From: Alphaproteobacteria bacterium UBA828
GTDB taxonomy: Bacteria; Pseudomonadota; Alphaproteobacteria; UBA828
Assembly (NCBI GenBank): GCA_002296185.1
Contig: DBHM01000013.1
Location: 5,273-69,272 of the forward strand
DNA length: 64,000 nt
Direction: 5' to 3'
In this document: positions 8,429 to 18,140 of the stretch, in pieces
Layout: every line of letters starts with the position of its first letter
Numbering within the stretch: the stretch's first letter is position 1
The notes under the pieces: model-generated
Seen by the model: only the letters and a program-made list of their open reading frames with translations
The model's database searches: none
What the model was told of the DNA's origin: nothing
Made by a program: the position numbers and the translations under genes

Positions 8429-9832
8429 ATGAATTCGAAAGAAATTCTTAATAGAAATATCATATCACTCGTTGAATCTCTCAAATCAAGAGAAATTAAA
8501 GTTTCAGAGGTTACCGAGGCTTCAATAATAAGATCTGAGGAAATGCAAAAAAAATTAAATTGTTATATCTCCTTTGACTTTGATAAAGCCATGGATAAAG
8601 CAAAATCATTTGATAATGAAAAAAATAAAGAAGGAAAACTTTTTGGAATTCCCATGGCACATAAAGATATGTATTACCGAAAAGGAAGAGTATCAACTTG
8701 TGGATCAAAAATAAGAAAAAACTGGGTTGCTGATAAAACATCTACGGTGCTAAGTCGCTTAGATACGGAAGGAGCTCTAGATATTGGAACCTTAAACATG
8801 GCAGAATTCGCCACAGGCGCTACAGGACATAATGAACACTGGGGAAATTGCCGAAACCCATGGAACAATGAACACATTACAGGCGGATCATCCAGCGGAA
8901 GTGGCTCTTCAGTTGGAGCTAGAGCTGTTTTTGCTTCACTTGGGTCAGATACTGGTGGATCTGTTAGACTTCCAGCTGCAGCATGTGGAGTTGTTGGCCT
9001 AAAACCAACACATGGTTTGATAAGTAGATATGGAATTATGCCACTAAGTTATTCAATGGACACAGTTGGACCACTTACTCGTACAGTAAAAGATAATGCA
9101 CGAATAACTGACGTTATATCTGGATATGATCAAGAAGACACTACGACCTCAAATAGACAACATAAAAACTTTGAAGAATTTTGTGGAAAAGATATATCAA
9201 ATTTAAGAATTGGACTTCCAAATAGTTATTTTTTTGAAATAGCAACTAATGAAATTAAAGAGAAAATTAATGAGGTGATTAAGGTTTTTCAAGGTCTAAA
9301 TGTTGAGATTGTTGAAGTAGACCTACCGGATATGCACTTAATAACAAACCTCTCAAATATAGTTTTTCCGACTGAAGCATGTGCTATACACTCAAAATGG
9401 CTTTCTGAAAGGTCTGACGAATATCAAATCCAAGTAAGAACAAGATATGAGCCAGGACTATATATTCCTGGACATAAATATATTCAGGCACTCGACATGA
9501 GACCATATCTATTAGATCAATTCATACAAAAATCTTTAAAAAATGTAGATGCGATGATCGTACCAGGTATGCCTTTTGCTGTACCCCGTATAGATGAAAC
9601 TGATGTCGCTGCTGGCGAAAAAATGGCTGATACAATAGCATCGATTAGTTGGTGCACTAGACCTACTAACTATTTAGGAATTCCAGCATTATCTGTACCA
9701 TGTGGATTTACAGAAAATGGTTTACCTACTGCCTTTCAGTTAACAGGAAGGCCTTTTTCAGAGGGTCTTTTGTATCAAATTGCACATGCCTATCAAACAG
9801 AAACTGTTTGGCATGAAAAATCACCCAGTTAA
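8429..9832 (+). CDS. Amidase-signature amidase (GatA/AtzE-like), paralogue 1
   Basis: 467 aa. The signature GGSSSGSGSSVGA and the upstream MAHKDMY (Lys of the Ser-cisSer-Lys triad region) are present. Confidence 0.85.
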   Translation: MNSKEILNRNIISLVESLKSREIKVSEVTEASIIRSEEMQKKLNCYISFDFDKAMDKAKSFDNEKNKEGKLFGIPMAHKDMYYRKGRVSTCGSKIRKNWVADKTSTVLSRLDTEGALDIGTLNMAEFATGATGHNEHWGNCRNPWNNEHITGGSSSGSGSSVGARAVFASLGSDTGGSVRLPAAACGVVGLKPTHGLISRYGIMPLSYSMDTVGPLTRTVKDNARITDVISGYDQEDTTTSNRQHKNFEEFCGKDISNLRIGLPNSYFFEIATNEIKEKINEVIKVFQGLNVEIVEVDLPDMHLITNLSNIVFPTEACAIHSKWLSERSDEYQIQVRTRYEPGLYIPGHKYIQALDMRPYLLDQFIQKSLKNVDAMIVPGMPFAVPRIDETDVAAGEKMADTIASISWCTRPTNYLGIPALSVPCGFTENGLPTAFQLTGRPFSEGLLYQIAHAYQTETVWHEKSPS

Positions 9833-9858
9833 AAATACTATATTTTAGGAGCAGGTCT

Positions 9859-10743
9859 ATGGAAGCAACAGAAAAAAGAAGAATTTTGGCAACCCAACTT
9901 AAATCCGGTGAATTTATACTCGGTGCTGGGGTTTACGATATGATTTCAGCAAAAGTTGCTGATAGAATAGGTTTTAAAGCCCTTTATATGACAGGATATG
10001 GTATAGCAGCATCCCATCTAGGATTACCTGACGCAGGCCTTGCATCCTATTCAGATGTTGTAGAAAGGGTTCGAAAAATAGCAAATGGAACTAAAACACC
10101 CCTTATATGCGATGCTGATACAGGATTTGGTGGTCTATTAAACGTCAAACATACTATTGAAGGGTTCGAAGATGCGGGTTGTTGCGCTATACAACTTGAA
10201 GATCAGGAAATACCAAAAAAATGCGGTCATACACCAGGCCGTAAAGTAGTCCCATTAGAAGATATGGTAGATAAGATTAAAGTCGCAGTAGATTCACGTA
10301 AGGATGAAAACTTATTAATAATTGCAAGAACCGACTCTAGAACTGATCTAGGTCTTGATGTTGCTATAAAGAGAGGAAAAGCCTTTCAAGAAGCAGGTGC
10401 TGACGTAGTATTTGTTGAAGCACCCGAATCAGAAGAAGAGATTGCTGAAATTGGTAATTCTTTTCCTGATACACCTCTTCTAGCAAATATGTCAGATTTT
10501 GGTAAAACACCAATTTTAGACAGTAAACATTTAGAGAGATTAGGATTTAATATATCAATTTTCCCTGGCTTAAGTTTTCTTACTGCAGCCGGAGCATTAG
10601 ACTCAGCCTATAGGACTTTATTTAATGAAGGAACCTCAGACAATGTGTCAGTACCGAGGTTAACTCTACCTAATATGCATAAGTTAATGGGATTTGAAGA
10701 TGTATGGGAATTTGAAAAAAAATACCAGAGAACTTCAAGGTAA
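9859..10743 (+). CDS. Isocitrate lyase/PEP mutase family lyase (2-methylisocitrate lyase / dimethylmalate lyase / oxaloacetate decarboxylase-like)
   Basis: 294 aa. DADTGFGG and QLEDQEIPKKCGHTPGRKVV motifs of the ICL/PEPM superfamily. Confidence 0.8.
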   Translation: MEATEKRRILATQLKSGEFILGAGVYDMISAKVADRIGFKALYMTGYGIAASHLGLPDAGLASYSDVVERVRKIANGTKTPLICDADTGFGGLLNVKHTIEGFEDAGCCAIQLEDQEIPKKCGHTPGRKVVPLEDMVDKIKVAVDSRKDENLLIIARTDSRTDLGLDVAIKRGKAFQEAGADVVFVEAPESEEEIAEIGNSFPDTPLLANMSDFGKTPILDSKHLERLGFNISIFPGLSFLTAAGALDSAYRTLFNEGTSDNVSVPRLTLPNMHKLMGFEDVWEFEKKYQRTSR

Positions 10744-10754
10744 TAATAGAAAAA

Positions 10755-10785
10755 AATAGGCGGATCCTTACAGATACCGCCTATT
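10755..10785. terminator. Bidirectional intrinsic terminator between convergent genes
   Basis: Stem AATAGGCGG / CCGCCTATT, extendable via ATC/GAT with one bulge. An A-run at 10750-10756 gives a U-tract for the minus-strand hyuB transcript, and T-rich sequence follows downstream. Confidence 0.6.
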
Positions 10786-10811
10786 ATCTCAATTTTTGAT
10801 ATCTAGTTTTG

Positions 10812-12734
10812 TTATTCTCCCGCGGCTAGGGCCTTATGAGCTTCTTTACGACCCTTAAGTCTTCTACGTCCGAGTTCATTTAACTCTGGCGCAGTTGGAG
10901 GTTCCCTTCCCGTCTCATCTTTACAACGAGCACGGATTTCCTCTATTTCACCACCGCGATCAAATAGGGGAACCTCAGCTCTTTCAGAACGTAGCTTATC
11001 TCTAAGAGAATTAGTTTCTTGTTCGTTAACTGATAAATCTGAATTTAAGACAACCCCGTACCTCTTAGCACCATCAAATGTTATAAGTCCACGGTCAACT
11101 TCGAGAGCTACAAGCGCTGGGTCACGTTCGAATGGATCGCCCCATCCACCTCCACCCCAAGTGCAGAAATGAAGTATATCGCCTTCTTCAACTTTAACAT
11201 GATCACATTTGGCCGGCATCAATTCAGTTGTACCGTCTACACGTTCAAGGATCTTTGTACTCCTAGCACCAGGCCCACCACCATTGACACCCCAAGGATA
11301 TGTAAGCCATCTATCATCATGGAGGGACATTTCGCCAGGTTCTAATGCTCTATATGAAATTTTTACACCGTTACCTCCTCTATGAAGGCCTGGGCCTCCT
11401 GAGTCTGGTATTGTCTCATACGTTTCAATACGTAGTGGGAAGTATGCTTCTAAAAACTCATTTGGAATATTAGTAAAAGATGGCCATAAAGAGTGACCAT
11501 CAGGACCATCACCAACTGGGCGACCCGGTATACCACCAAATCCAATTTGATAAAGCTGATACCACTCTCCTTTTTTATCATAACCAGAATAAAAGAAGTG
11601 AGGACTATCTGAGAAACCTGCAGCTACCATAAAATCTGGGGCACGTTGCCCAAGTAACCCGCCCAAGACATCAAATGTTCTAGCCAACGCATGTGTGCGA
11701 GACGATAAAGCAGCTGGCTTTAATGGTTTCAACATACATCCGGGTGGTATTCTGACATCAATATATCTATAGAAACCGTCATTAAACATAATTTGGGGAT
11801 CAAATATATTAATCATATAAACACCAACAAACATTTTGAACATTTCCTCATTTAAAAGGAAATTTATAGAGCTAGATGATTGTGGATCAGTACCTTCAAA
11901 ATCAAAGATTAACTTGTCTCCTTCTCGCCACATTGTACAAGCCATAGTGTATGGACCACTACCTACTCCATCGTCACATATGTAGTCTTCAAAGTAGACT
12001 TTTTCATCCTCACCAACTGTTTCTCTAATTAGCTTGAGCATAGCTTTTCTATTTCTATCGAGAAGATGCTCGTATGCAGCCATTACTGTATCAACGCCAA
12101 AACGATCACAAAGCTCTACCACCCTTTTCTCTGCTAGACGAACACCTGCTACCAATGCGAAGAAATCACTTTTATTCCAGTGAGGCATCCTACACTGATG
12201 CAGAATTACTTTAAGAACATCTTCTTGCAATTCATCGTTCTGATAGATCTTAACAACAGGTATGACCACACCCTCTTCATAGATTTGATGAGCATCTGTA
12301 GGAAGGCTACCTGGTGTTTTACCTCCAACGTCAGTCATATGACCAAACATAGAGGCATAACCAACGTGGCGACCCTCGTAAAATATCGGTCTAAGAACCA
12401 ACCAATCATTTGCATGGCTGATTGCTCCGGCACAGCTATATGGATCTGAAGTTAAAAATAGATCTCCTTCTTCAATAGTACCATCGTAATGTCTCTTAAA
12501 GCCGTGCATAAATGAACCAAACTGACCAACTACCATGTCACCTTCAGGGTCGGCGATCATTGGGAATTCATCGTGCTGTTCTCTTATACCTGGAGACATT
12601 GCAGTTCTATATAAAACCGCGTCCATCTCATACCGGGCATTTTTAAGAGCACTCTCAATTATATCTAGTGTAATTGGATCAAGATCCACTTTTTCAAATG
12701 GAGTCTCATCTGACTGAATTATTGTTGCTGGCAT
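10812..12734 (-). CDS. Hydantoinase B/oxoprolinase family protein (HyuB-like, set 1)
   Basis: 640 aa. DPITLDIIESAL at the N-terminus and C-terminal WGGGGWGDPFERDP. It lies 15 nt downstream of HyuA set 1 with an AGGAAGGA RBS. Confidence 0.9.
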   Translation of the reverse strand: MPATIIQSDETPFEKVDLDPITLDIIESALKNARYEMDAVLYRTAMSPGIREQHDEFPMIADPEGDMVVGQFGSFMHGFKRHYDGTIEEGDLFLTSDPYSCAGAISHANDWLVLRPIFYEGRHVGYASMFGHMTDVGGKTPGSLPTDAHQIYEEGVVIPVVKIYQNDELQEDVLKVILHQCRMPHWNKSDFFALVAGVRLAEKRVVELCDRFGVDTVMAAYEHLLDRNRKAMLKLIRETVGEDEKVYFEDYICDDGVGSGPYTMACTMWREGDKLIFDFEGTDPQSSSSINFLLNEEMFKMFVGVYMINIFDPQIMFNDGFYRYIDVRIPPGCMLKPLKPAALSSRTHALARTFDVLGGLLGQRAPDFMVAAGFSDSPHFFYSGYDKKGEWYQLYQIGFGGIPGRPVGDGPDGHSLWPSFTNIPNEFLEAYFPLRIETYETIPDSGGPGLHRGGNGVKISYRALEPGEMSLHDDRWLTYPWGVNGGGPGARSTKILERVDGTTELMPAKCDHVKVEEGDILHFCTWGGGGWGDPFERDPALVALEVDRGLITFDGAKRYGVVLNSDLSVNEQETNSLRDKLRSERAEVPLFDRGGEIEEIRARCKDETGREPPTAPELNELGRRRLKGRKEAHKALAAGE

Positions 12735-12749
12735 AGCGTCATTCCTTCC

Positions 12750-14804
12750 TTATGCACCGGTCGGCCGGATGATGATATTTCCAAATTTATCTACCTTACC
12801 GACATGGTCTGGCAGAATTACTGTAGTTGAATCCATCTCAGTAACAACTGCAGGTCCAGTTATACAGTTTCCTGCCTTTAATTTTGAACGATCATATAAA
12901 CTTGCTTCTTGATCTTTTCCATCGACAAAGACTGTGCTTTTCTTAACTAAGGCCTCTGATGGATCATCGTTACCAACATCTAGAGTTCCTGCTTCAACTA
13001 CAGTTTCAGGGCCCTGCACTATTGCTCTGATGGTAACAATCTCGTGTTCTACCTCTAGAGCAAATGTAAACAGCTGAGTGTGTTCTTCGTCAAATCTTTT
13101 AGCAAGATCTGCAAGACCACCTGAATTGAATTCTTCTTCTGAATATACAATTGGCAGGACAAGTCCTTGACCATGATACCTTAGATCTATTTCATATTGA
13201 ACTGTTTGCTCGGATTCAGATATTCCTGCATCTGCTATTGCTACTCGTGCAGACGAAGCTAGTTCATTCATAACATTCTTAACTTCATTATCATCAGTTT
13301 CAGAATATTTACGGACTAAGCTTCGAGCTGTTTCATTAGTTAGCCTTGTTGTTGCATCACCATAAGCACACAAAACTCCAGGAGAAGGTGGAATGATAAC
13401 AGGCCAAGAACTCATTAACTTTCCAAGTGCATTACCATGTAATGGACCCGCACCACCGAAAGCTATAAGAGCGAAGTCTCGGGGATCAAATCCTTGCTCG
13501 ACAGAGACAAGTCGAAGAGCACCAAACATATTCTCATTTACTATATCTATAATTCCAGCTGCAGCTTCTTTAAGCCCCAGGTCAAGACCATCTGCGATAG
13601 ACTGAACAGAACTTTGAGCAGCATTTACATCCATTTTCATATCCCCACCAACTAATTCATCGGGGAGAAAGCCTAAAACAACATTAGCGTCTGTCACAGT
13701 TGGCTGGTCACCACCTTTGCCATAAGCAGCAGGACCAGGATCTGCACCTGCGCTTTGGGGGCCAACCCTAAGGGCTTTTGTCAATTCTGGCACATGAGCA
13801 ATGGAACCTCCACCAGCACCAACCGTTCGTACGTCGAGAGAGGAGGCACGGACAGTTACGTCGCCTACTGTAGTTTCACGTCTTCGACGAGCTACACCAT
13901 CCTGAATAAGCGCAACATCAGTTGAAGTTCCACCCATATCTAGAGTGAGTAAATTTTCAAATCCTGCGTTCCTTGCAACCCACAGAGCACCAGAAACACC
14001 TCCTGCCGGTCCACTCATAAGAACATTGACAGGGGATGATTGAGCAGCTTCTACAGATGCTAACCCACCGTCTGAACGCAAGATGTGAAGATCCGCTTTG
14101 ATTCCTCTTTTATTTAACTCTGAATCGAGATTAGACATGTATAGAGAAACCTTAGGGGAAATATATGAATTGGCTACAGTTGTAACTGCTCTTTCATACT
14201 CATACATTTCAGGAAGAACTTCAGATGAGATTGAAACAGGAACATTAGGTAGTAATTCCGCAGCAATCTCCCTAACTCTTTCTTCTGTTTTACCACTAAC
14301 GTAAGCATTCATTAAACTTACTGTAAGGGCCTCAATTCCTCTTTCTTTTAAATATTGAATCTTTTCTTTAAGGTCTGCCTCATCTAAAGGCCTGACCACT
14401 TCACCATTAGCACTCATACGTTCTTTTGCTTCAACCGTAAGCTCCAAAGGCGCTAAAGGTTCAGGTTTTGGCCATATAATCCATCCAGCTAAGAGACCAG
14501 GAACAAAAGACCTAGCTATTTGCAACACCTGACGATAACCTTCAGTTGTCACTAAACCAACATTTGCACCCTTTCCTTCTAGGACAGTATTGGTAGCAAC
14601 AGTTGTACCATGCATCACATGTGTTATTGTACTTGGATCAACTCCAGCATCTTTACAAACTCTTTCTATTCCATTTAATACACCAATCGATGAATCAGCA
14701 GGCGTTGACGGCACCTTTGCACGATACGTCTTGCCTGACCCTTCATCTATCAATAAAAGATCTGTAAACGTGCCTCCCACGTCTACACCCAAACGATAAG
14801 CCAT
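12750..14804 (-). CDS. Hydantoinase A/oxoprolinase family protein (HyuA-like, set 1)
   Basis: 684 aa. N-terminal GVDVGGTFTDLLL, internal LDMGGTSTDV and GAGGGSIA blocks of the ASKHA-type hydantoinase A family. Confidence 0.9.
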   Translation of the reverse strand: MAYRLGVDVGGTFTDLLLIDEGSGKTYRAKVPSTPADSSIGVLNGIERVCKDAGVDPSTITHVMHGTTVATNTVLEGKGANVGLVTTEGYRQVLQIARSFVPGLLAGWIIWPKPEPLAPLELTVEAKERMSANGEVVRPLDEADLKEKIQYLKERGIEALTVSLMNAYVSGKTEERVREIAAELLPNVPVSISSEVLPEMYEYERAVTTVANSYISPKVSLYMSNLDSELNKRGIKADLHILRSDGGLASVEAAQSSPVNVLMSGPAGGVSGALWVARNAGFENLLTLDMGGTSTDVALIQDGVARRRRETTVGDVTVRASSLDVRTVGAGGGSIAHVPELTKALRVGPQSAGADPGPAAYGKGGDQPTVTDANVVLGFLPDELVGGDMKMDVNAAQSSVQSIADGLDLGLKEAAAGIIDIVNENMFGALRLVSVEQGFDPRDFALIAFGGAGPLHGNALGKLMSSWPVIIPPSPGVLCAYGDATTRLTNETARSLVRKYSETDDNEVKNVMNELASSARVAIADAGISESEQTVQYEIDLRYHGQGLVLPIVYSEEEFNSGGLADLAKRFDEEHTQLFTFALEVEHEIVTIRAIVQGPETVVEAGTLDVGNDDPSEALVKKSTVFVDGKDQEASLYDRSKLKAGNCITGPAVVTEMDSTTVILPDHVGKVDKFGNIIIRPTGA

Positions 14805-14914
14805 AGCTTTTTACTCCCTTAAGCAATACCTTAATGTTGCTACACTAAATTTATTCAATACTTTTCCTTTGTTGCCAATTTTTAGAAATATTGATGACAC
14901 AAAGGGTAAATCTA

Positions 14915-15760
14915 TTAGCTCTCCTTAATACCTATACTTGCACCTGAACGTCGCTTCTGGATAATAAATAGAGATAAAAAGCTTATCCCAATTACTAACA
15001 GTGAAAAAATTGTAGTCATAGTTCCAATCGCATACAGCGCTGGTGTGGATGCGGTGCCCGTAACAGACACTAGCTCTAAAGGAAGAGTATTATATTCTCC
15101 AGAAACTTGAGATGTCCGTGCATACTCATCGTAACTTAATGTAAAACCAAAGAGTGCAACGCCAACAAGACCAGGCAAAGTTATAGGAATAATAACTGAT
15201 TTTAATGTTTGCCAAGTCGTGGCGCCCAAATCGCGTGCAGCCTCCTCAGTTCTAGGGTCAAACCTACTAAATATTGCGAGCATTATGAGCACCCCGAATG
15301 GTAATGTCCAAGTTAAATGCGCGCCTAATGCTCCCGACCACCATGCACTTTGCATTTCTAGGCTAGTGAACATACGACCTATTCCGAGAGAGATTAAGAT
15401 GGATGGAGCAATTAAACTTGCAACTACAAGATAGAAAAAAAATGTATTTCCCCGAAATCCTTTACGAAAGGCAAGACCAGCAAGAAATGATATAGTCATA
15501 GTTAAAAACATTATTATTAATGCTAAAATAACTGACCGTCCCCAAGGCCAGCGAAAATCACCAATATAACTCGGGTTAAAAACATCAGCAAACCAGTGTA
15601 CTGATGCACCTCGCATAGGAAAAGTTAGCCCCCCTGTCTCACCTTGAAACGAGAGTACACCCATTACAGCTATAGGGCCGTATAAAAATAGTAAAAATGC
15701 ATAAAAAATAACCGTTCTAAAGTAGAACCAATTACTTCTTTTCATACGACCGACACTCAT
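14915..15760 (-). CDS. ABC transporter permease (PotC/PotI-like)
   Basis: 281 aa, multi-TM. EAARDLGATTWQTLKSVIIP is the EAA loop of binding-protein-dependent permeases. 4-nt overlap with the upstream permease. Confidence 0.85.
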   Translation of the reverse strand: MSVGRMKRSNWFYFRTVIFYAFLLFLYGPIAVMGVLSFQGETGGLTFPMRGASVHWFADVFNPSYIGDFRWPWGRSVILALIIMFLTMTISFLAGLAFRKGFRGNTFFFYLVVASLIAPSILISLGIGRMFTSLEMQSAWWSGALGAHLTWTLPFGVLIMLAIFSRFDPRTEEAARDLGATTWQTLKSVIIPITLPGLVGVALFGFTLSYDEYARTSQVSGEYNTLPLELVSVTGTASTPALYAIGTMTTIFSLLVIGISFLSLFIIQKRRSGASIGIKES

Positions 15761-16623
15761 AACTGTTTCCTAACATCAACTAAGCGCATAATACCACCTA
15801 CAATTAATAATAGCACTATGAGTAAAAAGAGTGAGTTTGCTGATGAATACGCAAAGTTGTAACTACCAATTTGGTTCGAAATTGATAGAGCTACTGTACC
15901 TACATTTGCTCCGGACAGGAGTCTTACAGCCGTAAAGTCTGAAAGAGTTAAACTCAATACGAAGATTGTACCTATTGCAATACCTGGTTTACATAGCGGA
16001 ATTATGACATGTAACAAAATTTGCCAACCTTTAGCACCATTATCGCGAGCTGCCTCAATTAACGCCGGGTCAATTCTAGCCATAGTATTGAATAAAGGAG
16101 CTACCATAAATAGAGTGAAAACGTGAACATATGACAGTATCACTGCAAATTCAGAAAAGAGTAAAAACTCCAGTGGCTCGTCTGTAATACCAATGGACAT
16201 AAGGACACGGTTAATTACACCCTCTTTACCAAGAAAAGGTATCCAGGCAATCATTCGGATAACACCAGAAGTCCAAAATGGAACAACACACAAAAGAAAT
16301 AGCAGCATCTTTGCTTTAAGTGATAGGACATCAAATACTAGGTAATAAGCGATTATAAAACCAAGAACTGTTGTAGTTATCCATACTATAGCCGCTATAC
16401 GTATAGTTTCTAAGTAATTATCTAGAGTTAAACCTGATGTAAAAAGCTTAACATAATTACGCACTGTAAAATCTGGTATTGTTAGAAAACCATTAAATTT
16501 CCAAAAGCTTGTTATTAAAATCACTATTATTGGCCCAATAAGAAAAAGCAGTAGAGCAATTCCTAAAGGTGTCATTTGTAAAGCAGTACTATAACGCTGT
16601 ATTTTTTCAAATAAGTGGGCCAT
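15757..16623 (-). CDS. ABC transporter permease (PotB/PotH-like)
   Basis: EAARDNGAKGWQILLHVIIP EAA loop. The listed start at 16635 is TTG, so I prefer the ATG at 16623 (MAHLFEK...). Confidence 0.85.
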   Translation of the reverse strand: MAHLFEKIQRYSTALQMTPLGIALLLFLIGPIIVILITSFWKFNGFLTIPDFTVRNYVKLFTSGLTLDNYLETIRIAAIVWITTTVLGFIIAYYLVFDVLSLKAKMLLFLLCVVPFWTSGVIRMIAWIPFLGKEGVINRVLMSIGITDEPLEFLLFSEFAVILSYVHVFTLFMVAPLFNTMARIDPALIEAARDNGAKGWQILLHVIIPLCKPGIAIGTIFVLSLTLSDFTAVRLLSGANVGTVALSISNQIGSYNFAYSSANSLFLLIVLLLIVGGIMRLVDVRKQL

Positions 16624-16670
16624 TAATAATCTCAAGCATATTATTTTTAATAATATTTATTTAAACGCGA

Positions 16671-16696
16671 ATGTGCGGGGCCTAAACCCCGCACAT
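16671..16696 (-). promoter_or_regulatory. GC-rich intra-operon hairpin between binding-protein and permease genes
   Basis: ATGTGCGGGG-CCTAAA-CCCCGCACAT is a perfect 10-bp stem. It lies between the SBP stop (16715) and the permease start. Confidence 0.5.
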
Positions 16697-16714
16697 AACG
16701 TTTAGTTACTTTTT

Positions 16715-18013
16715 TTAAGAAGCTACAAATTCATTCCACTTCTCTGTAAGGTATTCATTCTCTGCCATAACAGAATTCCAAACAGCTACACGACCCATTC
16801 TGTTCTTGTAGCTTCCTCCGTCACGAATGGCTCCAGCTTTTTCTAAAAGATTGCCAAATGGATCTCTTATTTCTGTAGCCGCAGCTTTACCTTCATACCA
16901 GAAATCCCATTCCTCTGGGGAAAGTTCTTTCTTTGTATTTTCTGGTGTAACTACATAATAACCCTGTTTGGCGAAGAAAGCGCCTGCAGGACCAGATAGA
17001 TACCAATTTAAGTAATCGTAGGTAGCATCTAATTTTTTACCTTCAACGTGCTTTGGAATCATTAGTGCCAATGACCAAGATCTATATCCTTCTTTAAGAT
17101 CCTGATAAACACAAGGAATACCTTTAGCTCGCACTGCAGTAACAGCAGGAGACCACATTGACTGTATTACAACTTCACCAGATAACATTAAGTTAACTGA
17201 TTCATTAAACGTAGTCCAAAGAGCACGGAAATGTCCCTTCTTCTTCCATTCAATCAATTGCTTAAATGTTGCATCAATCTCTGCCTTGGTCATATTCCCT
17301 TTATCGGCATAAGACACTAAACCGAGAGCCTCAAGCGCCATAGCAGCATCCATGCCACCAATTGCAGGGAAACCAACTAATGCAGTTTTTCCATTGAACT
17401 CATCATTCAATAACTCACCCCATGATGAAATAGGACGACCAATTTCGTCGGGCCTAATACCCAATGTATCAGCGTTGTGCAATATTGGCATTGCAGCTAC
17501 TTGGTCAGTTGATCCAGGTGCTTTAAAATCAGAACCAGCACCATCAACATACATAACACTATTTGGTCGTTGACCATCACCAAGCCACGCATCGTCCCAA
17601 CCTTTTCCGGATTCTTTATAAATCCCAGAAACCTTGTCCCACTCAGAAAGACGATTAACGTCTACTGGCTGGAAATTACCTGTAGGCCAAACAAATTTAA
17701 ACTGCATATAAGCTGGCTCAAGCAAATCAAATGACTTTGGTTGGGTGATTCCTCTATTACCAACAGTACCAAGGTCCACAGCTGTTTGCTCAACTGTAAA
17801 ACCTAAAGCGTCAGTAGCCATTTTAGCAAAAGGGTCCATGTTAGAAACAGCTAGACCTAACTGCCGTATTGTTATGTCTTTGAGATCTTGCGCCCAAACA
17901 GTTGGAAAACCTCCAAGTGTAGCAGCCGCACCAACTCCAGCAGCGGCAGCTGTTCCCTTAAGAACAGTTCTACGACTTACTGAATTAGTTTTTTTTCTTT
18001 TTGAAACACTCAT
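16715..18013 (-). CDS. ABC transporter periplasmic substrate-binding protein (PotD/PotF-like) with Tat-type signal peptide
   Basis: Start moved to the ATG at 18013, behind AGGTGAGGAG. N-terminus MSVSKRKKTNSVSRRTVLKGTAAAAGVGAAATLGGFPTVWA-QD carries the twin-arginine motif SRRxVLK. Confidence 0.85.
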   Translation of the reverse strand: MSVSKRKKTNSVSRRTVLKGTAAAAGVGAAATLGGFPTVWAQDLKDITIRQLGLAVSNMDPFAKMATDALGFTVEQTAVDLGTVGNRGITQPKSFDLLEPAYMQFKFVWPTGNFQPVDVNRLSEWDKVSGIYKESGKGWDDAWLGDGQRPNSVMYVDGAGSDFKAPGSTDQVAAMPILHNADTLGIRPDEIGRPISSWGELLNDEFNGKTALVGFPAIGGMDAAMALEALGLVSYADKGNMTKAEIDATFKQLIEWKKKGHFRALWTTFNESVNLMLSGEVVIQSMWSPAVTAVRAKGIPCVYQDLKEGYRSWSLALMIPKHVEGKKLDATYDYLNWYLSGPAGAFFAKQGYYVVTPENTKKELSPEEWDFWYEGKAAATEIRDPFGNLLEKAGAIRDGGSYKNRMGRVAVWNSVMAENEYLTEKWNEFVAS

Positions 18014-18140
18014 ATTTAATCTCCTCACCTATCTATTAAGTCTTGTTGTCATGTTAAACAAACTAAATTGATAATCGAATAACAACTGAGCTAGCTCAGC
18101 ATCCTTAATGCAATAAAAATGCAGTAATCAATAAATTAAT

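Noticed and set aside
18086-18099. 14-bp perfect palindrome CTGAGCTAGCTCAG between the ATPase and binding-protein genes
   Set aside because: It is real in the sequence, but it forms only a 5-bp stem with a 4-nt loop as RNA and has no U-tract. The evidence is too little to call it a terminator or operator. The similar short palindrome CTTCTTAAGAAG at 56446-56457 is set aside for the same reason.
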